Assembly: GCA_965235115.1 (NCBI GenBank)
Contig: OZ249439.1
Location: 12,710,001-12,774,000 of the forward strand
DNA length: 64,000 nucleotides
Source: Laetmonice hystrix
Taxonomy: Eukaryota
Direction: 5' to 3'
How positions within the stretch are numbered: position 1 is the stretch's first letter; every line of letters starts with the position of its first letter. The notes beneath the pieces were generated by a model that saw nothing but the letters and a program-made list of their open reading frames with translations, did not search any database and was not told the DNA's origin. The position numbers and the translations under genes are program-made. Of the stretch, positions 1 to 12,652 are shown piece after piece.

Positions 1-529
1 ATAAGCCATCCATATCAGGGTCTTGAAGCCAATATATATCAGTCACCCTCCACAAGCCCGATCGTCATGCAGTGCCACTAGCTCACGCCATGCTTCTGCA
101 TGGGTCAGAATATGAATCTATTATAAACAGTGGTATTCTGTTCCCTGTATCTTATATAGGATAACTGAAAAAGGTTTTTCTTGGTATGAAACTTAATATT
201 GAATTGTCTTCAAAACAGTGCACTACCATTCCAGATATTGCCCAGAAAGTATGAGACCTTTTTATCACAATCTTTATGCTAACAATTACTCAGTTCCCAT
301 TAAACTTTTTTTTATCCTACATACGGTTAAAGACCGGTCGGTTGATGTCATAACGGACGCTTCTGCGATTGAAGCACTTAGAGGTCGTCATTGTTTTAAA
401 TACTGGGTGGTTCAGAAAAAAAAATAACATATTCCCAGCACACCATGCAGCACCCAAATGACTGATATGCTTACGACAAGAAAGAAGATGGTCCAAAGTG
501 GATCATTTTCCCATCGTCAAAATAGCTTA

Positions 530-914
530 GGCCAAAAAAAAAAGTTTCGTTTCTTGTCCTTTCATATAAAAAAATTGGTGCGGTGACGCGGTTTTTTTTT
601 TTTTCATCTTTCTTTTTTTTTTTGGATGCAACTAGACAACGGCCGATTCTTCGAATGCAATTGCTGTTGGGTACATAAATCTTGAAGAAAAGACTAATGC
701 AATGATGTTCAATGTTTTAGAATGTGTAAAACTCACATAAAATCAACAAGACTAACAGAAAAACGCCAACGTCAAAGAACCGTTGCAACGTTCTGTCACA
801 GCGCTACACTGTCCACCATATGAAGCAGTCGGATTTGAAAAAAAAAGATTTGAAGCGGGGGTTTTTAGGTGACGCGCGCGGGGACAAGAAACGAATCTAT
901 TTTATTTTTTGGCC
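530..914. mobile_element. Non-autonomous MITE, PIF/Harbinger-like
   Basis: Imperfect ~30-bp terminal inverted repeats (ggccaaaaaaaaaaagtttcgtttcttgtcc / gggacaagaaacgaatctattttattttttggcc) flanked by TTA on both sides (527-529, 915-917). TWA duplications are typical of PIF/Harbinger. No ORF. Confidence 0.75.
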
Positions 915-3024
915 TTAGTGAGCTCAGCAATGATCTATTACAGAGCCTACAAAATACAAGACAATCCCAGCAAGTGACTTAACTGCACGAACAATGACTT
1001 TATTTTAAACTTCACAACAAATTGTAGTCGAACCATCATATACTCAACCGAATCGGCGTCATTTTTAATTTTAAAAATTCCTTGCCTTTTTAGGTATCGG
1101 GAAAATTGACATAATAATATGCTATTCTGTATTTTTCTGGCCCACGCTGTATACGTGTGGGGTCTAATTAAAGCTCCGGCCATAGATATCGTTCTTGGAG
1201 TCCCACTTGACAATGCCATTATCTCGCTAATATAATATATCGAACTATAGGGCCCAAGTTCAGTTCTGAGAACCGTGCAGTCCTTATTTAGAAACTCGTT
1301 CTATAAAATAGAGACAGCCAGAAACACTCAGCTACATTAGACTCCAACCTCCTCCAGATGCAGGAGGTTAAGGGATAGTAGTCCCTTTAAAGTGTCCAGA
1401 GAAGCATTAACCCCCTTCAATGAGATTTAAAGATTATCCCAAATTGTAACAAACCATAACTCAATCGCAAATTACATTAAATTATATGTTCTCAATTTCC
1501 TGGGACCATTGCCCCCCACCCCCCACCCCCACCCCAAGAACATTATTTTACGTAGTAAATCCCTGTTTTAATCACCTCTCAAAGCCCTTTTTAGTTGGAC
1601 GTTTCCCATCCTATATATCACGTGCCGCGAGTTTGAACATATGAAGTAAATAGAGAGTGAGTCAACAAACGACTCAAGAGTTGAGTCACAGAGGTTTACA
1701 CCCTGTTGGCATCTGGTTGGTCATCTTCACGGCCAGATAAGTCGCTCCATTCCTTTTCTTTTCAGTCAGTCTGTGATGATGAGATGGCTGACTAAGAACG
1801 GAGGCTACGACCCTCTTACTTCTAGATTTAGCGGAGAGTATACAGCTGTACCTGTGCTCTTACTGACTCATGGCTCAGTGTACATTGGAGCACTGGGGCA
1901 GGTTATCGTGAAATCTTTTCATGTGTTATCCATCACACTCCACGGTGTAAAAATAATTGTTATCCGTTTCGGTTAGCGAACACAGGAGCATGGGTAATTC
2001 GACAATCGATTAGGTGAGCCGTTTTTAGGCGGCCATATATAGACGACCTCTCGACATGTAATGGTCTCAATTCTTTGAAAGCGGCTAAATGTGACGTCAT
2101 TCTAGTTCCACGAGTCAGGTTTGGGTAGGCCAGGTGTCGAGCACCCCTCTCCGAGCCACAGCTGTGTATAATATAGGTTTTTTTTTGTATTCTAGGAAGC
2201 AGAAAAATCACAAGTGACGTTTAATGTATTATTGGCTTCAGCGAACTGTTCACGTGAGTTCAGCTCACCTCAGAACGGGTCTTCAACTGCAAAACACAAT
2301 TTACTGTTTCTATATTAGGGGGGGGGGGGGTGATTTACTCCGAAAATGGTTTCAACAAACCGGGACCCCTTATACCCCTATAGGCACATAACCTTTCTCT
2401 GTTCTACATGTGGGGTTATCATCAGAGGATATAAAAACAGGCCCGTTGTCAGGCAGGATTAGCAAAATGAGTAGGCCGTCTGCGGGGGGGGGGGGGGGGG
2501 GGTCCCTGGCTTGAAGCAGGTTTGGCCTTTCACTGAAAAGTGACCAGAAAAAAAGGTTTCTGCAAACTTTTTGCCACGAAAAAGTTCATCATCGACCCCC
2601 ACCTCCACCCTACCGGACGGATTTTAAAGGGATGAAAATCTAGGCTCGCCCCCTAGAGTTTCCTTATTTTTTTTATGAAGATGTTATGACTATAATTTGA
2701 GTAATATATAGTATTTGAATAAAATAAAACATTTAGAAGTGTGTTAATAGCAATTATTTTGTGTGTATGTAATACAGGCACAATCAATACGCAAGGCTAC
2801 ATTTTACCCCCCCCCCCCCCCAAAAAAAAAAAAAAAAAAAGAAGCCTGGATCCCCCACTGATATACTGTACCCCATGGCCATGCAATACCTATACCAATG
2901 TTCCAACACGCACACAAATATACGTGGCCAGGTTCTTTCATGTTTGTTGGCTGTCGGCCTCACTTTATCTCTATGATAATGAGCAGTTACTGTAGGCGGG
3001 GCTAGAACTTATAACTGCCGCAGT

Positions 3025-3105
3025 ATGACTTGGCGGCTCTGGTATGCGGCCGGAGTATATATATCAACGAGGACGATACGGATCACCCCACTGCCACCGC
3101 TATAA
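3025..3105 (+). other. 26-codon upstream ORF in a putative 5' UTR exon of the PH-domain gene
   Basis: ATG at 3025 to TAA at 3103-3105. A strong donor (gca|GTAAGT, 3204) and an acceptor (ttccAG|, 3354-3355) define a 152-nt intron just upstream of the ATG at 3364. Confidence 0.4.
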
Positions 3106-3363
3106 CTGTATCAGCGCTGTGTGAGATCACGTGGACGCCTATACCCGTGACACGGCTCGCCACAACCGTTTGTCGTCGACCAGACGCACTATTCTACCGC
3201 GCAGTAAGTTTCTGGTTGCAAGCCCGAGGAGAACGACTCAAACTACCAGAGGTACACCTCCACATGTATCTGGATCTCATTCTCTAAGGGATTGTCTGAG
3301 ACTGCTCGGAGACGCTGCATCATATATCGTACGCCCTAATTAACAAAGGTTCCAGACGTGAGA

Positions 3364-3879
3364 ATGGTGACGGAGACCGAGACAGCGGGGCCGGGGCCAG
3401 CGGGCCGGTCGAACGATGGGGGCCTACCGGACGGCCTCCCCCGGCGGTCGGGCAAAGTCAACATGCTGCAGACATTGGGGGGAACAACTCGCCGCGCGTG
3501 GATCGTACTCAGTGTGTACAGCTCGAGTTTCGATACCTATGCTGTGGTGTCCACGAACAGGGCGATGTGTAAAGACTGTGGGTATATCAGCCTGAGGAAC
3601 TGCTCCGTAAAACGGTTACCCGACCCCAGTGGTAAAGACAACATCTTTCAGATCGCTCCCAGCGACTGCGATGGTAACGTGATGATGTTTTCCGTGTCCA
3701 GCCAGCGGGAGCTGTCTGACTGGGTGGACACCATCTCTAGTCTGATCGCCCAGGAGGAGACAGCGGCCGTGACTACCGGACCATGGAGGAGACCAAGGTC
3801 TCCACGGACGGGATCACCAACCACCGGGAAGAAGGTTCCTCGCCTGCCCTCACTGGAGGAGGAAGGCACTGGGGAGTGA
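3364..3879 (+). CDS. Small PH-domain-only protein (171 aa), CDS in a single exon
   Basis: GC-rich ORF with PH-fold pattern: RSGKVNML / RRAWIVLSV / CGYISLRNCSV / NIFQIAP / VMMFSV and C-terminal helix SQRELSDWVDTISS with the conserved Trp. The tail is basic and Ser/Pro-rich. The first in-frame ATG is 3364 (the track starts at GTG 3358). Confidence 0.75.
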   Translation: MVTETETAGPGPAGRSNDGGLPDGLPRRSGKVNMLQTLGGTTRRAWIVLSVYSSSFDTYAVVSTNRAMCKDCGYISLRNCSVKRLPDPSGKDNIFQIAPSDCDGNVMMFSVSSQRELSDWVDTISSLIAQEETAAVTTGPWRRPRSPRTGSPTTGKKVPRLPSLEEEGTGE

Positions 3880-4100
3880 AGATAAACGTGTTTATACTTG
3901 AGGATAAACTATTTTACTCCGCCTAGATGGTGGTACACGGACGAATCCTGTTCATTCTGCCTGACAGGACCAGCGGCAGGGCCGGACACAGCGGTGTCTC
4001 AGCGTCTAGTCCTGGAGGAACACATGTAGATCTCCTCCACCCCCCACACCGCGGCAGGAACGCTAAGGGTACGAACTAGTCATCTAAAACAGTTCATCTC

Positions 4101-4185
4101 ACTGTATGCTAATACACAGGTGTGTGTTTACTCTATGATAATACACAGGTGTGTTTACTGTATGATAATACACAGGTGTGTTTAC
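4101..4185. repeat. Minisatellite, ~27-bp unit x3
   Basis: Three copies of taatacacaggtgtgtttactgtatga-like units. Confidence 0.85.
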
Positions 4186-6254
4186 CTGTACAAGAAACAA
4201 GCTGCGTTGTCTGACTGTACGCTACACCTATAAGACTCTTAATGTTGGTTTGTGCACCTGTTCACTGTGCCAGATGTTACACACGTTGTTGAGACATTCC
4301 CGAGAAGCTGACTGGTCACGATTGGAATGTGTCTATTATTGAGGTGGTGAAGTCAGTGAACTGTCCCAGACTGAAGTCACCCCGCCACATGACGCTATGG
4401 ACCACATCACTCAGCTAAGTTCTGAGTTATTACGTACACGTGACTGTCGGTCATGACCGACCGGCACTTTATTGGCCGTGGATGCGGTTGACTTCCGCGG
4501 TTGGGTGATTACTTGAGGGTAGTATTCAGTCAGGATCAGATCCACCGTCAGCCGGGTACAGTCACCGGTTCTCGGTCGGGTAGGTCTGTCAGGCTGGAGA
4601 TCATGACGTGCCAAACAATCCACAGTGATTTCTCAGTCCGTCCAGTTGTGTAGCTAATACACACAGAATGTTTTGATCTTGTATCATAGTTGCATGTAAT
4701 AGATGAATGAGTGAATGATTGCGTGATTTATGTAAGAGCTCCTGCTATAATTCGAAATGAAAATGGCCAATCTCGACCATTTCGTAATGAAACCAATACT
4801 GGTCACATTATTGTCATATGTTGTCGCATATTATGTAAATATCGGGGTATTCATTCCATTAAAAAAAAATACTCGCAATGAACGCGACTCATGCAGGACT
4901 ATTAACGGAAATAGTAAACATAAGTGTGTATTATGTAGGCAATCGCTGCAAAATTCTCAAGTAGAAAGGCTCTACACACCAGCATGGGACAACATCATGT
5001 AGCCTGTTGTGTTAGAAACTGTGTCAGATGTTCGACTGGCGGCTCTACCCAGGAATGCGGAGCCTTGGACCGATACCATGGGTAGGGCAAACAGTGTAGG
5101 CCTACGTGAGCGATAGCCCGTCGCTCCTTGTCCAGAATACCAAAACGCAGAACCGTGAACCTACATTATTTTTTTGCTCGCCCAGTCTTCACCGTCAAGT
5201 GCCTGAGACAATGGCTTATATATGCACTGATGATTTACATACCCAACCGATATACATCATGTATATAATATGCCAACCTTGGGGTCCACTGAGGCGTTCA
5301 ACTGTTTTCGTTAGTATATGAAGTGCTAACTGTGTTATCCCTTCAGTGACAATGTTAACACGTTATGTGAAATCTAGGGGCACAAATAAATTGTTACTTC
5401 CATTTTTGCTAGTCTGAAATACGACTTCTAGTGTTCTGTCTATATACTTATCGCGGTATCCATGAAAACTACCATCCACCCTCTCCTCGCTGCATATACC
5501 TCTAACATTTTGTACGCTCTGCCCTACGTTTACCTGAGAGACGAACAATGCTACGACTAACATAAGGCCTATAGTATTACGAAAGGGATTAGCTGCAGCT
5601 ATGGATTTAAGTGCGAAAATCTATCATGTGGCCTATTCACACCCCCTTACCCCACTCAAAGAAATGTGCCCCATTCACACACACCCCCCTCAAACACTGT
5701 ACCCACCCCCACCCCCCGCTCAAACACTGTACCCATCCCCCCTACACACACATAAAAATTCTGTATCCATGACGAAGAAGAAGTAGAAAAAGAAATCACC
5801 AGAACAAGACGTTCCTCTGACCCGCAAAGACCGACATTTTGGCGCCTCCTATTATTGAAAGATAGCAGAGTTAGCGCCATATTGAGTTGACTCCCCATAA
5901 CTTGGTTTTGCTAAATCCCCCCGTATGACTACCGTCAACAACCGCTATAATCGTTCGTTGTCAAGGACGCTCGACGCAGACGTTATCGATCAACGGGGCC
6001 ACGCCCATGGATCGATCGACCCCGCTGATGGAGGGGAAATCCTTGAGATCTCCTTGCCACCTTGAACTATAGCGGTATTTCGTCAGTTTGGACGAGCATA
6101 GATCTCTCATTATACATCATGCAGTATAATACGCTGGTGTTCTAGGTCTCCAGGGTAGGAGGGGGGGAGGGGGGAGGTAGAGCAATATCCTCCCATACCT
6201 GTGTTTCCGGGAGCTAGCTACCCTTTAGCAGGAAACAATTCACCTTACAATAAC

Positions 6255-6282
6255 CATAGACCTAGAGTACTCTACGTCTATG
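6255..6282. mobile_element. 28-bp palindromic micro-element with 7-bp TSD
   Basis: catagacctagagtactctacgtctatg, flanked by identical caataac at 6248-6254 and 6283-6289. Confidence 0.6.
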
Positions 6283-6850
6283 CAATAACGTAACACTAGG
6301 CCCACAGAGACTGCTAGCTCCCATGTCATCCACCCCTCCCTAACACATGCACCACCCGCACAAATCCAAAATAACTGGCAAACTGACTGATTCCTGCGCT
6401 GGATTTCTCCCATGAATGTTTCAAGGGACCCTGGCGGCCGGCAAAGAAAGCCGTGTCATAAAAAGAACTGCAGTGATATACCCGGATCTGAGAGAGTTTG
6501 TGTTGCCGAGGCGAGTTGACATCAAAGCGTCTCCAGGATACAAGACGGGGCCTGCAGGACGTGTACACATCCGTGTGCACTCCATCTGGGAAACTCTATA
6601 CGGAACACTCTACACACTCCTCCAGATACATGTCTGTATTATTAGCACGCTGGTAACTGCGTTCAGTGCCCCCTCCCTCCAAAACAAATTGATGATGTTA
6701 TAAAGAGAGAGAGCCCCCGTCGAGAGGCCGGGATTTTCCGACAATTAGTCCTATGGCAATACATTGTAGTTCTTTGGTATGGTCCTAGCTCTGTGCATGA
6801 GTGCGAATCTACCTGCCTATATATACCTACCTACCTACCTACCTACTTGT

Positions 6851-7063
6851 CAGGTGCGGATCCAGCACTGCACCAAAGGAGGGGGCAAAGGCGCAAGGCG
6901 AACATGTGGAGGGGGGGGGGGGGTCATCCCCCAGAAAATGTTTGAATTTAGAAGGCAGTAAAACGTTATTTCATCTAGAGATAGAAATTGTTAAGTTTCT
7001 CAAAGCATTTAGGCCCAGCCAACCACTTCTTTTGAAAAACAGCCCCCCTTGGATCCGCTAACA
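6851..7063. mobile_element. Degenerate non-autonomous DNA element with CAG..gcggatcca termini
   Basis: caggtgcggatccag at the left and tggatccgc at the right (9-bp inverted core), with an internal poly-G tract. No clear TSD. Confidence 0.5.
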
Positions 7064-8286
7064 CTATGGTCCCCATGATAGCAATAGAGCAGATAACGTG
7101 ACATTAAAACACCAATGTACGGTTTTTTTCATTTGAAATTCGGAAAAGAATTTATCATAGAAATTAAGAAGGTAAACAATTATGGTTTTATCTTAATGGC
7201 GATTGAAGGTTAGGTCGAACACAACTGCCAAGAAGGGCATAAGTTGAACGTAAAATGATAAACAAAAGGGCATGTCTGACAGGCGACGTCTGGAAATGTT
7301 TCACCCGTCAGCTTCCATGGATGTGAAATCGCTGCCGATGAATCAGGGTATCGAGATATAACCTATAATATGTCGTATAATACGTATGACAACCAGGCCG
7401 AGTGTTTTACACAGTTCGACCTCACACCATCTGAAGTGGGTAAGTGGGGCACGGGACTGCGCAGTGTTCAGCCACAGCAACCGTTTCACCCACACTGATA
7501 AGCTGAGTGATGGAAAATTTGAACAATAACAAAGAAAGCCGTCTTTTACTTGAACTGTTTGTTTGCCACAACACAGAGTAAAGTAAGAGCTATAATTCTC
7601 GATCAGCTTCAATTTAAAAATTCAATTATTTTTTTTGGGACCTGGCACCTCAGGTGGGATAAATGCACATATCATTGAGTCTATGAACTGTTTTTTTTTC
7701 AGGATGAAGGACGAAGGGCAACGTTTCTATTATAATACTGATTAGCCATCTCGGGTCTCCAGAGTATCTCTCCCTGTCGAAAGACATTTTTACTGAACAG
7801 ATCTGATTTAATGTACTTTTGGAGTAGGGAAGGGTTCAGCAGATAGTAGCATCAAATAAGCAATTAGTGTTCTTGTTTTGCCAAGTCTACTTTGGTTGTC
7901 GCGTACTTTTATCTCTTATCACTTGTTATCATACTTGTTTTACCCATTGTACGACACGTGATCACTGTGTGCTGTCCCCATGGATAGAATATACCATTGC
8001 GTTCTATATAAAATTATCTTGACCCTGATAAACTTTAACACGGTCCTGCAAACAACGAACACGTACATACAAGGAGATGGCAAACGAGCAGAGAATCGAG
8101 CCTCCTATTGCCCCATCCTCCATCTCGGAAGATAAAACGTCTTAGGTCCACTACATGCAAGTAACTTGTAATTGAAAACTTAACTCATAAACTGATAACG
8201 CATAGCAATATAAAGGAGGTCTTTTATTACCATCAGGAATCGGTATTATCTCCCTTGGTGTTCGGGAACTATGGTCAACCCCTCCA

Positions 8287-8301
8287 GCGCCACCTGGTGG
8301 A
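8287..8301 (-). promoter_or_regulatory. CTCF-like core motif
   Basis: Reverse complement TCCACCAGGTGGCGC matches the CTCF core consensus. A near-identical copy is at 9576-9590. Confidence 0.4.
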
Positions 8302-11300
8302 ATATGACGCCGAAGAGCAATTCCTGCAAAAGTGATCAGTATTGTTGGGCTTAAATACCATCTAAACATATCATAACGCTCAAACATAACAAACCGTCTT
8401 TTAGATAGGCATGTTGTTCATGTCTCGTTTTTATTGCAACATTTTATATAATATACAAAATACTAATAATTAGATGTCAATATTTGTTCTTCGTCCCCCC
8501 TTTTCTTGTTCGTTCTATCAGAATGCCCACCAAGATGACGTTGCGCTGGCAGATGGTTGTTAACCTGTCGTCGGACGGTTGAAAAAACGACCTGCCATCC
8601 TGCCATGCAAGTTTTTACATTATGAATGCTTTTAAAATAACTATCTCTGTACCCTCCTATAAAAATAATAATAGCCACACTGAATTACAAACATTTCTTT
8701 ATCCGCTGCCCGGACTCCTTCAGACCCCCCCCCCCCCCCCAAACACACCCACACATTATTAATTGTTATCTCGAAAATTGAAGTTGTTTTTTTTTCATTT
8801 TCAAGCTATTGTTACCTTTTCCTATTCAGACCTTCACTTGGCATCAATAATTATTGAAAATGAAATCGACTAAAGCTTCTTCCTATAAGACTTAGTACCA
8901 GTGTCGACCGATCACACAATAATGCCATTGGTTCGCCGTGAAATCCATTTTACTTGGCCCTTTGCGATTTGTGCATTTACAAAGTTTGGGATATTTCGGC
9001 CCGATTTGGGCATATGGCGGTACTGGGAGTCACACATTTACTTCTACCAGTATTTACAGTTTAGCAGACGCCAATGGTTTGTGCATAACCATGACCTGAT
9101 ATATTACTTTATACATCCTAGGTTAATCTGCCCTTTAGCCGTGGGGTTCTTTTTTCGAGCACCCCAATGGCAACTACAAACAAGGCCACCTACTGAAAGA
9201 AAAAAGTCACTCATAATCATGGGCATTGAGCCATGTCTCGTGAATGCCAAGCGAATGGACTCATCATTATAATCACCCACCCATTTTACTTTTTTAACTA
9301 CGCTTGACACATGGCAATGTAAGTATTATTGCAATGCATCAGGGCTCGCTCTTCAAAACAGTTTTTCCATAGAGGCCTGGGACCTCAGAAAGAAGCATGG
9401 AAGACATTTCCCTTTCGCCACAAGATTATTTTGTTAAACTCTCTGACATGTACTTGGAGCTTTACTTTGATACCCATTCCTATATATCAGCACTTCTTTG
9501 GAGATATAAAAAAGTTTGTCAGCCCTGTTCCTGATCCAAGCGCCGGGATTTGAACAACTTGCAACTTTAGCAATGACGCCACCTGGTGGATACTAGCGGC
9601 ATTAAGTCATGCCACTGCGCTCCGCCTACCGGCAACACAGTGAACCAGGTGAACTGATGCGATGATGAACTTCTGAGGCCTATAACGTCATACGGGTTTG
9701 GGGTGTATACGGGTTGGAACGGACTGCATTTTACTGAACTACCCTTTACATACAAGAAAATCATCATTTAAAAAAGGATAACCCTGCCGCCCAAATCGAT
9801 ACATTCTATGAGATTATCGTCACAGAGAATACCCATCCCGATGGTCTCCCTGTCAAGGGATCGAGGATCTTTCTAATGGCGGGCTCAGACCATTCAAATG
9901 TCCGGGAAACGTGGCTGGGCCCACAGAACCTTGCTGACTCACCAATCAATACTTATATTGATCTAAAAATTCCAAACCTCTGGAGAAAATTCAAATCCCA
10001 TTCGTATCTCAGTGCTCACGAAAATCACAGACAAGGGATGGTGTGTGAGGCTGCCCTGAAACATGCTACCCAATCTTCAGGCAGTACCGTAGTGTTGTGA
10101 ACAGCATCAGTTTTACCGGGCCAGTAATGACGAATATGTTATCTCTAGGTCCCCTCCCTCCCCCACCAGTCCATCAAACTAAGCCTGGCTCAACCCAGCG
10201 CGGGAAAACGCAACCCCACAGACCGTAACGTTATCTACCTAGTATCTACATGTATAATTCAAAAGGACGAAAATATACAACTTTAATTTAATTTTCCTCA
10301 TTTCATATATCTCCCATATATTGTTATATTTCCAAATGAAACATACCATAAAGCAGATTTGACGTAAAAATTTCTTTTTTAAAAGTTTCTTTTTATTTTC
10401 GTCTGAACGATTTTTGAGTATGCCAAGGAGCCTAACTTCAGTGAATCCAGCAGCAGTTTCTACGGTCACACATGTAGATATAGGCACATAACGTTTGCAC
10501 GTTCTGACATACCTTATTATTCAACCTTCATTTCTGTTCATCAAACCACCAGTTCATGAAAAGTCCATGTGTCTTGGAAATGCTAAGGATGCCTTAATTG
10601 GGTTAATTTGATTACTAGTAATAATTTCATCCATTGTCATTTATATACAGGTATACTCTTATAATTCAACAGTCAATACTGACCCTTTGTGACAAATATT
10701 CTGTATAAGTCGTTAAGCAGTCTCAATATTTCTCATACCTATTTACACAATAATTATTGATATATATTAGTGAATCCAACTTTCGGAGGCGCCACCCCTG
10801 ACAACTGGCCGTAGCCCTAGAGTAGTTGTATGGTTGCCACACTGCCCGCACTGTATGACAACAAATCTGATTGAGGACACAATTAATAAGTCAGTACGAT
10901 CTCACTCAGGCTTAATCTCGCACGGACTTATTGAAAAGGTCAACCTGCCCGCATCCATTCTTTACATACTGACACAAATTGTCGAAATTCTGGGGGTTCA
11001 ACAGTTAGCAATTAACTGGCTTGCCTTTACATTCACGTTCCGAACTACTGACTGGATTGTCTTGATCCAATCCACATATTCCAGTGGATGTCTCCTCGAT
11101 AAAGGAGCTGCCTGGTTTCTTGTATTGATCATGAAGACTGATCATGTCTGGGTCGATCATTATATGTCTGGTCCCCGGCTCACAGTCGGCACACAGTGAC
11201 TGCCTCCACAGGGCCCCAACTCCCTCTCTCCCCAGAGCTGGCTCACACTGGCCAATCCCAAGATAGATGGCCCAAATTATACTCTTTGAGGCAGCCCACT

Positions 11301-12017
11301 TGACCGTGCCTATCTTTGAAGGTCCCTAAAAACCTGCCATGCCTTTCTATGCAGGTCTATACAACCTGTATAGCAGAATGAAAATGCCAATCTCGTGGTC
11401 CCGAACACAGATCACATTACTATGGCCAGAAGTTGACGGCGGCGGCAGTGGGACATCCCAGTGACTGTCAAACTGGACAGAGAACGTCTGAGGAATAAGT
11501 AGCACCATCATGTCACCAGGATAGGAAGTCATCAGCAATATTAAGTCGGTTGTTTTCGTTCCCGTTTAACAAACACGGCTGACATTTTCATGCTCATGAA
11601 TACAGTCAAAGGAAAGTCCCTAAAAGTACTCTATCCTCTGTCTCTTTTCTCCAATATCAAAATGATGAAATTCGTTTTCCTGTGACAACCTAATATTTAC
11701 ACAGTGGCCATGTCTCTGCCTTCGTTGTAATCTCAGAACTCACCCAACAACCAGCTCTCAATATTAATATAAAGGATTCTCTCAAGTGTTTTCAACTCTT
11801 TCTCCAATAATTTGATATTTTATGAGCATTGTATGCGACAAACGGTCATTCTTACAGGTAACACTTGCCATGTGTGCCTTGAAGACAAGACCCTACTCTG
11901 TTCCACGCAGCCATTTGTCTGTCGATGACAAAAGGCCTGCTATAATACCTCGACGTGCCAACCGTCCCCTTCAATGCTGCCATGTCGTGACACACAATCC
12001 ATTACGAACTAGCCCCA

Positions 12018-12299
12018 TCATTCGTCCACAGACTTCTCACTGCTTTTCCTTTTACTCTCAACATCTTTCTTCATATCAGTCAATGCCTTGGTTTTCACAA
12101 AGTCTATTTCTTTGTATTCAGTAGGTGAAGCTTTGCCATGCCGGTTGGTTGGTGGAGGAGGAGAGCGACGGAAGACAGGACTTCGCTCCGAGTCGGAGTT
12201 ATTCTCCAGGGCTAGGTCCAGGTACTGAACCTCTCCCGGTCGGTTTGGTGGAGGTGGCGTGCTGTTCAGGCTCTTCTTACTCTGCAGCACCTCCATCGG
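12018..12299 (-). CDS. GAB: GAB/DOS docking protein, exon 6 (terminal), with tandem SHP2-binding tyrosines
   Basis: Acceptor ttttgacAG|ccg, phase 0. Encodes EVQYLDLAL...TEYKEIDFVKT, matching the C-terminal bis-tyrosine SHP2/Corkscrew motif of GAB1/DOS. Ends in TGA. Confidence 0.9.
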   Translation of the reverse strand, partial: PMEVLQSKKSLNSTPPPPNRPGEVQYLDLALENNSDSERSPVFRRSPPPPTNRHGKASPTEYKEIDFVKTKALTDMKKDVESKRKSSEKSVDE

Positions 12300-12474
12300 C
12301 TGTCAAAATACAACAAACCCGTTCAAAACAATCTCTTATGTTTGGTTTTTAAAAATTTATTTTAATTATTTGACTACTACCAGTACACGTCACGTTTTTA
12401 CGAACAACCAATATTTACCTTGCCACAATATTTTCAGTTTTGATTAAAGGAGATTTGGGAGACTGTACATGTAC

Positions 12475-12652
12475 TTTAGAAGACCTCAAGGTTGTCTCAA
12501 GTCCTACCGTAGGTTTATGGCTTGGCAAGGAATCAGACGAAGGCTCCGGAGTAGTTGGGTTACTGTCATCATCGTCATCATCCGAACTCGACACTTCACC
12601 AATGGATGCGGTCAGCCTCTTCCTCGGCAACGGCGGGTCAGCAAAGGCAGGG
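12475..12652 (-). CDS. GAB: GAB/DOS exon 5
   Basis: Acceptor ggtgtAG|c (phase 2) and donor aaa|GTACAT (phase 0). Encodes PAFADPPLPRKRLTASIGEVSSSDDDDDDS...; both phases match the neighbouring exons. Confidence 0.8.

Noticed and set aside
9541-9555. tRNA gene
   Set aside because: Only an isolated B-box-like motif (gttcaaatcccggc on -), with no A-box or cloverleaf; at most a SINE remnant.
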